In this document: one piece after another, positions 13,874-26,885 of the stretch
Layout: each line of letters begins with the position of its first letter
How positions within the stretch are numbered: position 1 is the first letter of the stretch
Program-made: the position numbers and the translations under genes
Source of the DNA: Azolla caroliniana
Lineage: Eukaryota; Plantae; Polypodiophyta
DNA length: 64,000 nt
NCBI GenBank assembly: GCA_043228905.1
Contig: JBHGNT010000006.1
Coordinates: 9,858,001-9,922,000, forward strand
Direction of reading: 5' to 3'
Notes under the pieces: model-generated
Told to the model about the DNA's origin: nothing
The model's input: only the letters and a program-made list of their open reading frames with translations
Database searches by the model: none

Positions 13874-15944
13874 ACGCAATATAAAATTAAAGGAGGTTCA
13901 GAAAATACACAAGCAAAATGAATGCTTGAAATTTTGATTGGAAGAACTTTATCCAAGAAAACATCGCATGTCTTTACCCCTCTAGGCATATGAGATGTGA
14001 TTTGAGATCTGATAACTATGGTAACACTATGGTGTTTTAAAAACTATGGGGGAAAACATAGCAAAGATGTCTTTCTCATATGTCTATCTTGAATAATCAT
14101 GGCAGCTCCCCGAGGCTCAACCATGGTTCTAGCATCAATGTAATTTCCTAGTTAGCCTTATATTAAAATGCCAACTCAACATGTATTGATATGGTCAAGA
14201 AAGTGTATTACATGCAGAAAGAAGTGCACTCGCAGGTAATATTCTAATCTTGCAAGTAGCGAGCAAATGGTATGAAAAAAAGAGAAAAATAAGTCACTAC
14301 CTATAAGAGTCAAGAAGTGACGAAAACAAGTTTCAAAAATCATGCGTTGTCTACTAAACAAAAATACCACAAATAAATGGATGGTGCGAGGTATGCACAT
14401 ATCCATCCCAGTATGGTGGTTGTAATTTGCACAATTGTGACATAAGCCACAAGTTGATACAAGTGGTGGTGGTGTTGTGCGCAACGATGTAGTACTCAAA
14501 TCTATGAGTAAAACATCAATAGGGGAACTCATGTGGTTTTACTCGAGTTCTAAGGCTTGATAATATGAGTTAAACCGAGATGACCCATTGGAAAAAATCG
14601 TCTAAAAAAGAGGCATGATGCCCACTCAATACGAAAAAATAGTTTACATGGAAGCGTTACATCATAGGTAAACGCACGTAAATACTTTAAACATGAAAAG
14701 TAAGGGTAAAAAAAAGAGAGTGAAGTGTGAGTGGGTAGATTACAATCACATGAAAATCTTAACAAAGTGGGAAGATAACTTGTATAATTAGAAAATAGGT
14801 AGAATAATAATCAATTAGGTGTATGAAACATTAAGCATGCCATTAGGTAAGAAACCCTAGGGTAATTAACATGCACCTCCTCAAGACCACCACATCCCAT
14901 AGAATCGGCCAAGTGATGGCTCAATAGAGAGTAGATTGGCATAGGTAAGCGACATACACCTCGTCAAGGCCACAACATCCCATAGAATTGACCAAGTGAT
15001 GGCTCAATAAAGGGAAGGGTGACATACTCAACATCATATGCAAAAGGGCCATGAGGTGAGCATGTGCGATTAGGGCAAACACGCTCGACCCGATGCACAA
15101 GAATAATTATTACCGTAAGAGATGGCTCAAGAGAGGGGAGAGTGGGAGATACATCGCAATATTGAAAAGGGCCATGAGTTTAGCGTATGTGATTAGTGCA
15201 AACACGCGCGGCCCGATGCACAATAATAATTAAAATTGTAGCATGGTAAAAAGTAGAAAGAAAGAAAATAAAATGTAATACAAATTTGATTCGACCAGGA
15301 AGAACGCATCATAGAAAAGGAGAGAGAGATCAAGAAAGAAGAATACCGGGTTAAGAATGTTGTTTTGATCTTGTGAAGAGCAAGACGAGCCTTGTTAGAT
15401 CCCCATCGCTCACACGCGAAAAATATCAAGAAAACGACAAAAAAATGTTAGTAAATGCTCTGATACCACTGTTAAGAGTCTATTACTAATCAATAGACCA
15501 AAGTAAAGTAAAAGAAGGAAAATAGATTGGATAGAAGAACCCGTTCCACCCGACCACCCCCGAGCTATGATCTAGACATAACCAACCTACCAGCAACGTC
15601 CCATACCGCCGAATATTAGGATGACTAATACCTTGGAACAGATAAACACGATTGTCGAGACGAAAGCCTAGCCCACACTACCGGTGTCTAAGACAACAGC
15701 CTTCCAACGTAATGTGCTTATGAGGGTAGCTAAGCCTCATATTTATACCTTTTCCTAGGCCCCTTGAATAGATGTGCCTTTCTAAAAGGCTCTCCATTCA
15801 TTGGTTGTCCAAATCATGATAGTGCATGCACCTATCATTCCTTCTATCCAATCACATCAGTTCCCTTTTTAACATTAGTGAGCATGCCCTTCACTTATGT
15901 AAACATTAGTGACCTACCTTCACCCACGTTATGTGTACATAACA
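13874..15944 (-). mobile_element. LTR element remnant with Met PBS, long repeat-containing leader and LTR at 15470-15944
   Basis: PBS TGGTATCAGAGC at 15457-15468, TGTTA...TAACA termini and a minus-strand TATA near 15745. Direct repeats at about 14870-15230. It may continue at 3548-3894 across the gypsy insertion. Confidence 0.6.
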
Positions 15945-16840
15945 CATCAGAGCTCTCTCAAGCATTCAACATGAGGTCAACGACCATTGCCATTGCCTCA
16001 GCGAGCTCACTACCTCTCATCCTAGAACTCCCTTGCCATCCTTTTCACATCGGGTTCACCAAATATATCACTGAAGTCCGCGGCTTGCGGGTCGGCTCGG
16101 GTGGGACCATCGGAGTCTCGGACCAAGGAGCTTAAGAATGAATAGTGGTTGAGGTTTGTTGCAGCCGATCCAGCCTAGTTACTAGGGTCCGTTTAATGAG
16201 CACACGGGCTCTTGGGCACGAATGGGTAAGCGCAAAACAAAGGAGGGAAAGACAGTGGCTTTCCAGTTACAAAACAGGGAGTCGATTGTTAACACAAACG
16301 GGAGAACAACAGAAAGCACCTCAAACACAGCAAAACCCAGAAATCAATTAAAGATAGCGAGAGGATAGAAGAGATGGCCTTCGGCTAGTTAGCAAAGCAT
16401 TGAGCTCGACAGACACACACGGACTTCCTATGCGAGCAGAGGCCTCACCCTACCTAAACGAATGCATAGAGCAGAAAACCTACAGCACTTCGCTTCCCAA
16501 TCCGACAACACGTTCTCCTCCAAAATGACTGATCCTCAAAACAAAATCCCTCCCTTCCTTTTATAGCTCCAAGGAAAGGGAGGGTCGATGTTCCATCAGG
16601 CTATTATGACCTTCGTTTCTATCAGAGATCCTTCCTCGATTTTCTACCATGGCACACTATTATTCCCCTCTTTGTGGAGTCATAAAGTTCCTATTAAATA
16701 AACACTCTTGCCTTGTACTTATTAATACTTCAATATTTACATTTTTTGTACATTAGACCAAGTTCATGCGCATGCATGCGCTCCCGTGTTCACACACACC
16801 CGAAGGACTTTTCTCCTAGTAGCCGGAATCCTCCACAACA
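15945..16840 (-). mobile_element. Trp-primed gypsy LTR (about 16066-16840) with PBS and gag start
   Basis: Starts TGTTGTGGAG on the minus strand, like 3895. TATA context GCTATAAAAGGAAGGGAGGG is shared with the 3895 LTR. PBS TGGTGAACCCGATGTGA at 16045-16061. Confidence 0.75.
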
Positions 16841-17190
16841 ACGGATGTCATCTTCATCAAGTAGTCCGACTGAGATCAGTGGTTGTGAGAGCTCAGCTAC
16901 ATGTCGGACATTGTGTAGAACAAGTGTAGAGCCACCTAAAAGGTTGAACTCTACAGTGCCGATTCCGATTATGGTACAGTGCTGCGAATTTCCGACTCAA
17001 ACTGAGTCGGAGTGTCGGGCCGAGTATTGTCGAAACTGAGATCGATGTGGGGTCATGTGGTAAGATGCACCCGAATCCAAGAGTCATGTGCTTGACTCTT
17101 TAGTCGTAAGCAGAACTTCTAATTCGACTAATTTCTCTATAAAGAGGATGTTCGGGTCGTCTAGCAATACTTCGTCTGATGAGCCGACAT

Positions 17191-17970
17191 TATCGTGCCT
17201 TTCAGCTCCGGATCGTTGCGTGAGTCGGGTGGGAACCACTGAGGTTTTGGACTAGGAGAAAGACGAATACAATATAAGGCTAGTTAAGAATAGGTAGAAA
17301 GAGAGGTAAGTTATGAATCTCGTGAATCCCACGAGTTTAGTGTAATTAATCAATATTTAGAAAGTAAGAGACAAATTAGATGACAAATTCGTTAATCCCA
17401 TGAATATATTATAATGGTCAATCCTCACAAAATAATCAACAACCAAATACATCTTTCTCTCTTCCTTATATAGTGATGGAAGAGGCTAAGCATAGCTTCA
17501 TGCTTTTTCTAAAGTGTTCATGCACACTAAATGTGCACAAGTCATTTTTTATTGGTGTACATTTTTCTTATAAATAAAGTATTCACGCATTCTAAAAATG
17601 CATGAATTACTTTTTAATAAAGGTAGGGTAAATAAAGGTCTTATATGTATTAAATCTATATTTAAAACACTTAGGATAAGTTAGTACAATGGTAAGGTTG
17701 GGGTCTGTCTACTAGAGGTACAAGGTTCAAATCTTGCCCTATGCATGTAATAAATATTTTCTTCTATTTTACAAATTTGTCTCTTCATCCGGTGAGAGAC
17801 TCTCACCAGCTCTTGCCGGTTCTGCTTGATTCGGTTCTTACCGAGTCTCCTTACCGGGTCCTCCTTGCTGATTCCTCCTTCATCCGGTTCTCACCGGTTC
17901 TCCTTACCGGGTCCCATTCAGAGGAACAAAAAATGCAATTTTCACGTAGTGTGCAAATTACACTACGACA
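17191..17970 (-). mobile_element. Solo gypsy-type LTR (780 bp)
   Basis: TGTCGTAG...CACGATA on the minus strand, 4-bp TSD ACAT/ACGT and family U5 motif. The host copia frame rejoins across it. Confidence 0.75.
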
Positions 17971-18192
17971 ACGTAGTTTACCTCCTCATGCCGACCACCC
18001 TTCTGATCAGCTAACTAAGTTTTACCATTCTTTACTTTGAGGGCACGACTATCGGCATTGATGTGTCTGGATTTCTTCGAATAATTGCAAGTTCAATTAT
18101 CCCGAGACTTGCTTCGGCTTTGTTGATTTGCCAGCGTCAAGAAGAACTTCTCCCACGACTGTTCGGTTAATCAGCCGAACCCTGTACTACGT

Positions 18193-19975
18193 TGTCGCGA
18201 AGTTTCGCGCACGTGTGTTACTTGGGCGAAACCACGGGGGTCTTGGACTAGGGAGTACTCAAGGGATAGAGAAGACCCGAGGTTTGCTTTACGACAATAC
18301 TACTTCCTAACCCCTTCCCGAGCAAGGTCTCATTGCCCTTTGTTTTGTGAGGCCGGTGGCTCTCGTTGATCACGACTCGTCGACCTTTGGAGATCACTGC
18401 ACGAGCCAAGTGACCAAACGGGTACAAGCAAGATGAGCACGCAACATGAATGCACAAGGGGACGATAACACAAACACGAATGTCCGTACGTCTTTATTGA
18501 GGAGGAGAGGTGCATGGGCACGCCCGAAACGCCCCCTCGTCACAAGACGGCCGAACGTACGAGGAAGACACAAACACACACACAAAATGCTCGTACGCCT
18601 TTATGAGGAGGAGAGGTACATGGGCAAGCCCGAATGCTCCCTCATCACGAGACGACCGAACGTACAAGGAAGACACAAACACACGCACAAAATGCTCGTA
18701 CGCCTTTGTGAGGAGGAGAGGTGCATGGGCAAGCCCGAAACGGTCCCTCGTCACAACACGGCCGAATGTACAAGGAAGACACAAACACACACACAAATGC
18801 TTGTACATCTTTATGAGGAGGAGAGGTGCATGGGCATGCCCGAAACGCTCCCTCGTCACAAGATGGCCGAACGTACAAGGAAGACACAAACACACACACA
18901 AAGGCTCATATGCCTTTATGAGGAGGAGAGGTGCATGGGCAAGCCCGAACGGTCCCCTCCTCACAAGACGGTCGAACGTACACGGAAGACACAAACACAC
19001 GCACAAATGCTCGTACGTCTTTATGAGGAGGAGAGGTGCATGGGCACGCCCGAAATGCTCCCTCGTCACAAGACGGCCAAACGTACAAGGAAGACACGAA
19101 TAAAGAAAGAAGGAGAGAAAGAAACACGAATGATATCGACCAAAGAGATAAATACGTGTTCGATTCCAACCCAAGAGGACCCTTTATAAAATAGGGTTTT
19201 GTTTACAATGGCAACTTATAGTTAACCACAAGCTCAATCAAAACATAAATATTAAATGCCCTTAGAGACAAAAGCAAATCCGAACACGGCGAAGATGAAC
19301 ACGCGAGCACCACCAAAATGCCAATCCCAACGAACCACGACCTCCCGAACGGCGAGCACACGGGTTCGCAACGACGAATGGGGCGGAGCAACGTCGAACC
19401 AACAAAGCTTGGGCTCACGAGCACTTCGAGTGCCGACGCGAAGAAGACGAGCACGTGGCGATGGGGGGATGAAGGGGTATGAGATGAAGAGAAGTGGTGA
19501 ATAAGAAGATGAAGAGCTTCGAAGGAAAATTGGCGATAGTCTCCTCCTCCCAAAACGTCCTCCCGAATGAGCCCCCCTCAACCTCCTTTTCTAGGAAAAA
19601 AAGAAGGGGGAGTCGCCAATTTTGTCTTCAATGAAAAAGGAATAAAATTCTTTAAATCACGTTGCATTGTAAGACTAGACTCAAACTATGCACCTCTAGC
19701 TAGTAGTCAATGTGACTATCCACTAGCCCACTAACTCTCTCTTATATAATACATAATTCTATCTCTATAAATTCTTAGCCTATCTCTCCTCTACATTTTA
19801 TCTCTCTTTTTTCTTACTTTTTGCACGGGCTTCTATGCTCCTTTCCACCCTTTCTTTTCCTTTTTATTTTGCATATGCACAATTAATCGCCTTTGTGTGC
19901 ACACACATTGCACATGCATATTTTGACCCCCCTTTCGCCGGTTTTTCCCACCCTCGAGCACACCACATCACGACA
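18193..19975 (-). mobile_element. Large solo gypsy-type LTR (1783 bp) containing a tandem array
   Basis: TGTCG...CGACA termini, perfect 4-bp TSD ACGT (18189-18192/19976-19979) and family U5 motif. Host gag DAYV|VQGS is rejoined across it. Confidence 0.8.
18490..19100. repeat. Tandem repeat, 105-bp unit, about 5.8 copies
   Basis: GAGGAGGAGAGG recurs at 18499, 18605, 18710, 18815, 18920 and 19025. Confidence 0.95.
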
Positions 19976-22900
19976 ACGTAAGCATCACTGGCAGAGCCAT
20001 TTGCAAACGATTTCCTCCGAGCAGCTTCTGTTAGGATTGAGCTCGTGACTTCAAAGTATTTCACGACGAAAATTGATGCATTGCTCACAGTTGTGATGAA
20101 AGTTTCCCACAAAGGGGGGAGACTATTCATTAAAAGCATAGCTTTTAGTTCATCATCCCCTGGGCCGAAATCTGGGAGCTTAGACTTTCGTACTCATTCA
20201 GGTGTGTCTGATCCGAGTCGGATTCTTTCATCCGAAGGTTGTAAAGGCGATGAATCAAATATATCTTTGTGGCGACGACCTTCTTTTCTTAGGTGTTTGA
20301 AAGTGTCTTCCATAGTTGGAAGGCAGTCGAACACGATTGCATTGTGAAGTACATTGACTCCGACAAGTGCATCCGAATAGTGGCACGAACGATTTTGTCT
20401 ACCTTTGTCCATTCATTTGTCTTGTATCCTTCTAGAGCGTTTTCTGTCTCGATTGGGTCGATCTAACCCTTGACTATTAGAGAGTCCTACATTTGCTCCT
20501 TCTAGATGTTGTAGTTCGATCCGTCAAACTTCCTTAGACGCATCTTTAATGAGTCAGATGTTGATGCCATCTATGTCGACTTGCTAGACTCTGTCTGGAG
20601 TCGACTACGAACAGTGGTATAATGCAACCGACTGGCTCACCCAATATCATTCTAATCAGATTTGGACACGAGTCAAATCGACTTCGACTATTGGAGCAAT
20701 TGGGAGCTAAACTTGCTCGAAGTGGCTACGGTGAATAGAGAAACAGAACCAATTGGTCTTCCCGAATGTCATCTAGCTAAGTTGAGCACAATTAACTATT
20801 GATTCGATTCCAATTGTTGATTGCAAGAGGCTGATCACAGATTATGTGCTTTTGTGCCGATTATCCAAGCCGATCTTGCTTCGGGTGGCTATAACGACGA
20901 GAGGAACAGATCCGACGAGTCTCTCCAAATGTCGTCTAACCGAATGAAGCACGGAAGGGGGTGGACTTTGCTTCAAATGATTACGGCTAGTGAGTGAATA
21001 GCATCGCATGACCCATTCGATTGTCACCTAACCGGATGAAGCACAAGCATGGCCGGTTCAAGAAGGGAATCTTACTCTAAGTGGCTATAATCACAAGAGT
21101 AAAGTACAATGGATTGGATTACTTCAAGAATGATTTAGCTTAGTGGAGTATAGACCTTTTAGGTGTTTCTCCTCGTTGAAAAGTTATCTTGTAGGAGTTG
21201 CTAGTCAGAAGATTTCAGCTGGACTAAAATCACAATCGGTTCTATCAAGGTGAGGTCAATAGAAAGATCTTCAGATGATACAAGGAAGAACTGTTAATGG
21301 GGACAAAGGATGACTTAGTTGAAAATTGAGCAAAACCAAGCTCTGATACCAGATGTTGTAAATAGCCATCATGATACGGAACAATCTTAGCACTCTTTGA
21401 GTGGAGGATCTTCAGCGTGTACAAAGAAACAGATTGATGACAATAGGCAACTAAAACATATTAAGACAAGATCAACAATGGAACAAAGGAAGAGAGACAA
21501 TAGAGTAGGCACAAGCAAGATGTAACTATATTATTACTCTCAGGGTCACAATAGCACAATATACAAAATGAACAACCTTAACACTAGGTTATATGAGTTA
21601 GTTTAAATACTGACTGACTTAGGGCAACTACTATTTCCACTATTTACAGAAATAGCCTAAACCTATTGTGTCCAATGGGACAATGTGAATACATCCATTA
21701 GAGACCCGTATTCAACAGACCTCTAAAGAAGCATTGGGAGAGTGAAAATGTTATGTTGTTTTATCAAGCTTTTAGTTCAATCATGTTACACCAATTGAAA
21801 TTTCAATATCCTTCAAGATTGAGTATCACATAGGAAACATAATTAGAAACATTTGCACTTGAGTTGAGTTGAATGAGTGGTAAAAATGTGTACATATTTT
21901 TCAGTAGAACATAACATGAACTATGTTTTTCCATGTTCACCATTGGATGACTAGAACCTAGTTGTTTGTTTACGACAATATGTCGGGTTTTTATCTATTG
22001 AAATAATTGTTGGTAATATTCATGAAACCTCATAGGAAAACATGAATATGTATAATGATAAACAATTGCATTATAGGGAAAACAATCAAATTAAATTATT
22101 AACTTTAAAATTCAACTCGATATCTTTATATTGTTGGTGAATCTAAGAGAGGGTTGATGTTTGTGACTAAATCAATGGTACGAAAGCTAAGAGATGGCAG
22201 AGTGTTTTGTATTCAAAAGTTGCCATATTAAAATATACTTATTTGAGACTATAGACATTGAATGTAATTAACGTCATTCAAGTTTAAAGTTAACATAAAC
22301 TTATCCGAGTTTAAGTGAACTTTTCAATGAATTTATTGTTTAAGTTAATTTGTCGTTGAGTTCATTGTTTTGAAGTTAAAAACTATTTCTTGCTAATCCT
22401 TGTCTTCTCCATCTACTCACCCCTTGAATATAATATTTTTTATTACTTAATCTATTACATCATTGTATGCAACTATAAGTTGCATTGGCACATCCTAACA
22501 TAAATGGCATCTAGACAAAAAACTTCACGAGCAATGCAGGAGTAAATTGTCAAGCATTACCTTGTCTCAAGCACATGTGTTTTAGACATAACCTACCAAC
22601 CTCTTCATTCGTTGTTGTGGAAGATTTTTCATAAAGATTACCAATGAGTGTGAGCTTCACTCATTCCCAATCAAATGAAATGTTACATAATAGTTCGTGT
22701 TCCATTTCCACTACATTTACCTCTCTTTTTATCTCATTTAGGATGATCAGTATTGGGATTTCTCCTCATTTTGGCCTCCTAATAAGGGTTTTCGTAAGGT
22801 TCAAAGTATAATGGAACTTAAATGATGTGTAGTCAATTTGTAAAATGTTCTATATAGTGAATTCTATATAGATCCTTTTAAGTAGTTACAAAATGTTGTG

Positions 22901-23162
22901 TACATGTACAGCTTTTGATAACCCACTATCAAATGGAAAGTTCCATGCATAGTACGTAAAATTCGTGTTCGTCTGGCATAACATTCGTTTTCCTACATTG
23001 GAAAACGAATGCGAATGTTATTCAAATATTCTTGTGTTTTTTCCCATTTTTTTAATGTTTTTTTCCATTTTTTAGGCTTATTTACCCCATAATAAATAGT
23101 TGATCCAAAAGTATGGTATTTATCATTCTTTGAGAGTATTTTTCTTAAACGAATGATTGAAA

Positions 23163-23275
23163 CATTTAAATAAAAGGGCAATTTTTTACATGGAAGTTAT
23201 AGTATGAACCATATGTATGGTACGTATGGTTCATACTATAACTTCCATGTAAAAAATTGCCCTTTTATTTAAATG
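23163..23275. repeat. Near-perfect inverted repeat (55-bp arms, 3-nt loop)
   Basis: CATTTAAATAAAAGGGC...GAACCATATGTA tgg TACGTATGGTTC...GCCCTTTTATTTAAATG, with one mismatch. Confidence 0.95.
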
Positions 23276-23808
23276 GCTTGACAAATCTTCATCCTGATAG
23301 AAATCACTAAATCAAACATCCGAACCACAATTTATATGTTGTAAGTGGTCTTCATCTTTATTCTCTTGAGCATAACTTAATCATCTTTAGTGTTGAAGTC
23401 ATGACTCACTCCCTTAATTGTAGTCTAAGTGACTATAGTTTACTTTGTCATTAGCTACAATATTCCTATCATGATTGTTCAGACCTTTCCAAAAGCAGAA
23501 AGCTAAATGTTTCTCAAATATGGTTCAACGAACAATCTTTTGTATAAAGGTTCTTGCTTTAATGTATGTGCATGAGATTGTTTTGTTTACTTCTTCATTA
23601 GCTACAACATTCTCAACAACATTTTTGATACCTTTGCAAAAGTAGAAAATTAAAAATTTCTCAACTAGGATTTTAGTGATCATTCTTTTGTAAAGCTTCT
23701 TAGTTTATTGTGCATGCATCCTCTAGTTTCAGGGCACATGGAAGGCTTACGTTCTAAGTTTAAATACTCAAGCATCACCTTTGACCAAAACAATATCTTC
23801 CTTTATAG

Positions 23809-23950
23809 TACAATGTGTCATGATTACATACATTTTGGCTTACAAGGATTTGAACCCACAACCTCTTGATATACCCATAAACATGTATATCAAGAGGTTG
23901 TGGGTTTGAAACCTTGTAAGCCAAAATATATGTAATCATGACACATTGTA
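23809..23950. repeat. Foldback/MITE-like inverted repeat (about 66-bp arms)
   Basis: TACAATGTGTCATGATTACA...GATATAC, a 10-nt loop, then GTATATC...TGTAATCATGACACATTGTA. Confidence 0.9.
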
Positions 23951-26449
23951 TTGTACCAAGGGGCGTGTGTATTATGGTACAATACATTGTTGCAACATAA
24001 ACTTTAAAGTATCGGTAATGATGTATGTCTATTTTAATACGATGATTGTTAGTCTATTTGTAATTCCCGCACGTAATTCCTTAATATGACCTATTGCAAC
24101 CTCTTTTATGAAATCCCTTTAAGAGTTTTTCCTTCTAGCTTGGATGACATTGTAAATGTTCATTTGGAAGAAACTTGAGTACCAATCAATATACTTCCCT
24201 AGAAGCATAGTAACATGTACCATGCACATCGCTTGGAAGTTAAGTACTCAAATTTAACTAATATGACTATATGTAAAAAAATATTTGTCCTAATGTGCAT
24301 AAACATGCTTTATGATGCATCAATCTCCATCCTCCTTTTTCAGGCTTGTAAAATACCATATTCGTTGCTAAATGATCTTGCTTTGTCATTGTTTATGATT
24401 ACTAGAAATATTATTCCCATGACTAACCTTGTCATTCTTTGTGGTGATGGATAAAAATGGAGAATAGATTCTTTAACGTTTGTGAATGTAATCCTAAAAA
24501 TAAGAAGTTTAAAAAGTCGAAGATAATGATGTGATGCAAGTCTTCTATAAGCTTCTTTGTAAGTTTTTTGCAAGAAATTTGTTTCCTTTTGAGCAATATA
24601 AATTGCATTAGGTGACTAGATTCCTTCTAGACTTATATTTGTTTATGAAATCCCTGATTTTTTATGTTATTTTCATGATTGCTCATATCTGAAGTGAATA
24701 ATGTGGTTGCTTATCATGCACAACTATAGATGCATATTTGAACAAAAAAAGAATCAATGACATAAAATGGAGACAATTCTATGCCCAACATTGAGTTTCT
24801 TTTCCATCGTGTCAATAGATTAATTAGATGTATCAACAAGCCATGTGGGGGAAATGATATTGGTTTTAACTAGATGAGTAACAAATAAACACCTAAATTC
24901 CTTGTGGTTTGCTTTAAGAAAAAAGGTATAATTATTGCATAAACTCAAGGCAATATAATGTGTAAATCAAACAAATAAAAGGCATGATTCTCTTTCAAGG
25001 GCAACACACATCTTCTTAATTAAATACATAAAGAAGGAAACGATTGAAAATGCCACTAGTTAATGATAATTTTATAGGAATTGTGATCAAAACAAAACAT
25101 TGGATCAAAATATGTAATGATACAACTAACATTCACGTATGCTTGATTCATCAATTAATGGTTAACATTTTAATTTGCATATTGGTTAAATTTACAAATT
25201 GCTTATGCATACAACATTGATCGACGAGTGAGTAAATAAATTAGAATAACAATTCAAAAAAGATTGGTTTAATCATTAGAATAGCATGGGTGTTAACCAA
25301 TCAAAATAAGAAATAAAACAAATAAATAAGGAGAGTGATTAAAATTTGGCTACTGTAAACACTTATTGGATTGCATTAAAATTATAACAAATATTAGTGA
25401 CTTAGTATTTGAATAGTAAACAATGTTAAACTTAAACTACACTCACTAAAATCTAGCAGATTTTAATCTCATGGAAAATGTAAAGAAAAAAGCACATTGC
25501 TACTCTTTTACCAAGGGCATACACTAATAGTACTCAAATTAGAAGAGGTAAATTTGCTTGCAAACCCCCTCGTATGGGGTTCTTTTGATATTTTCTCAAT
25601 AAAGGCTCTGATGTCAACCCACAAAGTTTTGGACAAAAAAGACCCATAATTGAGATAACATTTCAATGTTGAACTCAAAAAGTAGAAATATTTGCGAGAT
25701 TTCGAGAAAATCTAGAAGAAACACATTCAAACTTGATAAATAAATAAATATTTTTGTATAGTTATGTGAAATTTGAATGAAGGCTAATAATGAAGTGGGT
25801 AAAGATTTTATAATAATAAGAGTGTGCTTGCTTTGAATACTACAATTATTCTCTTACATATGACAAAGTTGGTTACAATGGTATGACATGAGAGGTGGTC
25901 TTTTGCATACATGAGCCCCACCACGTATGTGTTCGTTCATACACAATGTGAGTAAAGTTGATAGATATAATACAACTTACAAGTATCAAAATTTCCATAT
26001 TTAAGGAATCAACTAGGTGAACCAAAGAATAATTAAGCATTTAAAGAGTAACCATATTTTGGTGAACCATAAAGTTGATCGATGTAACACACAAGTATCA
26101 AAATTTCCATACAAACATAAGATAATTTCATTAGACTGAAATATGAAGTCGTTGCTGAATTCAAATAAAGTTTAGAGTTGTAGAAATTATTTTCAATAAG
26201 TTAGTTGTCATAGGAACGGTTTGAGAACAAAAGTCAAACTAATTCCAAGTATATTTGTTGACACAACATACATTAATTTGATTCCAAACTTATTTGTTCT
26301 TATTAATAATAAATGCCAAGACTCATCAAAGGGGGCATGTCATAATTATCATGAGGGAGCCTCTAGAAGTCATGACATAATTGTTTTCCTCTCATGCCAT
26401 GTTTCAATGATGCTTATGCTCATAATTCCCACGGGCCTTTATGTCAAGG

Positions 26450-26885
26450 ATTGCAAACTTTCAACCATTTAACACCACCCAAAGAACTAGGTCATGGTCA
26501 TTGAGGCTTTTCTCCTATTGACATGACATCTTCTCTATAAATAACGTGACTCAATGCATGGATGCCAAACATTCAACCAATTAACACCACCCAAAGACCT
26601 AGGCCATGGCCATTGTATTTATCACAGATTTACAACATCCACCTTGAAAGACCTACAACATTCCTTATATGTGGCTCTTGTTGTTTGGGCAATGACATCT
26701 TCTCTATGAAAAACATGGCTTAACGTTGTGGATTCCAAACTTTCAACCATTAAACACCATCCAAAGAACAAGGCCATGGGCCATCATATTTATCACACTT
26801 TTGCAACATATACCTTGTAAGACCGACAATATTCCTTATTTGGCTCTTCTCCAATTGACATTACATATTCTCTATGAATAACACA
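26450..26885. repeat. Degenerate tandem repeat (3 units, about 110-170 bp)
   Basis: AAAC(T/A)TTCAACCA..AACACCA.CCAAAGA..AGG.CATGG recurs at about 26455, 26567 and 26737. Confidence 0.75.

Larger units (their letters stand above)
16841..21717 (-). mobile_element. Old Ty1/copia 5' half (LTR 21354-21717, PBS, gag, protease) split by gypsy LTR insertions
   Basis: Met PBS at 21340-21351 and gag LLMNSLPPLWETF. After removing the inserts, the reading continues SRSKSRDN.TCNY.. (17975-18188) and LLDSGASYHMTPH (about 17050-17100). Confidence 0.8.

Noticed and set aside
17176-17210. CTGATGAG hammerhead ribozyme core
   Set aside because: No stem II or GAAA follows. The sequence is copia gag-PR coding DNA at an LTR junction.
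18446-19189. Long repetitive ORFs, or a CRISPR-like array
   Set aside because: The ORFs arise from a 105-bp tandem unit inside an LTR. There are no unique spacers and no cas genes, and the context is eukaryotic.
21720-26400. Small ORFs in the AT-rich intergenic region
   Set aside because: No recognisable domains or consistent exon structure were found.
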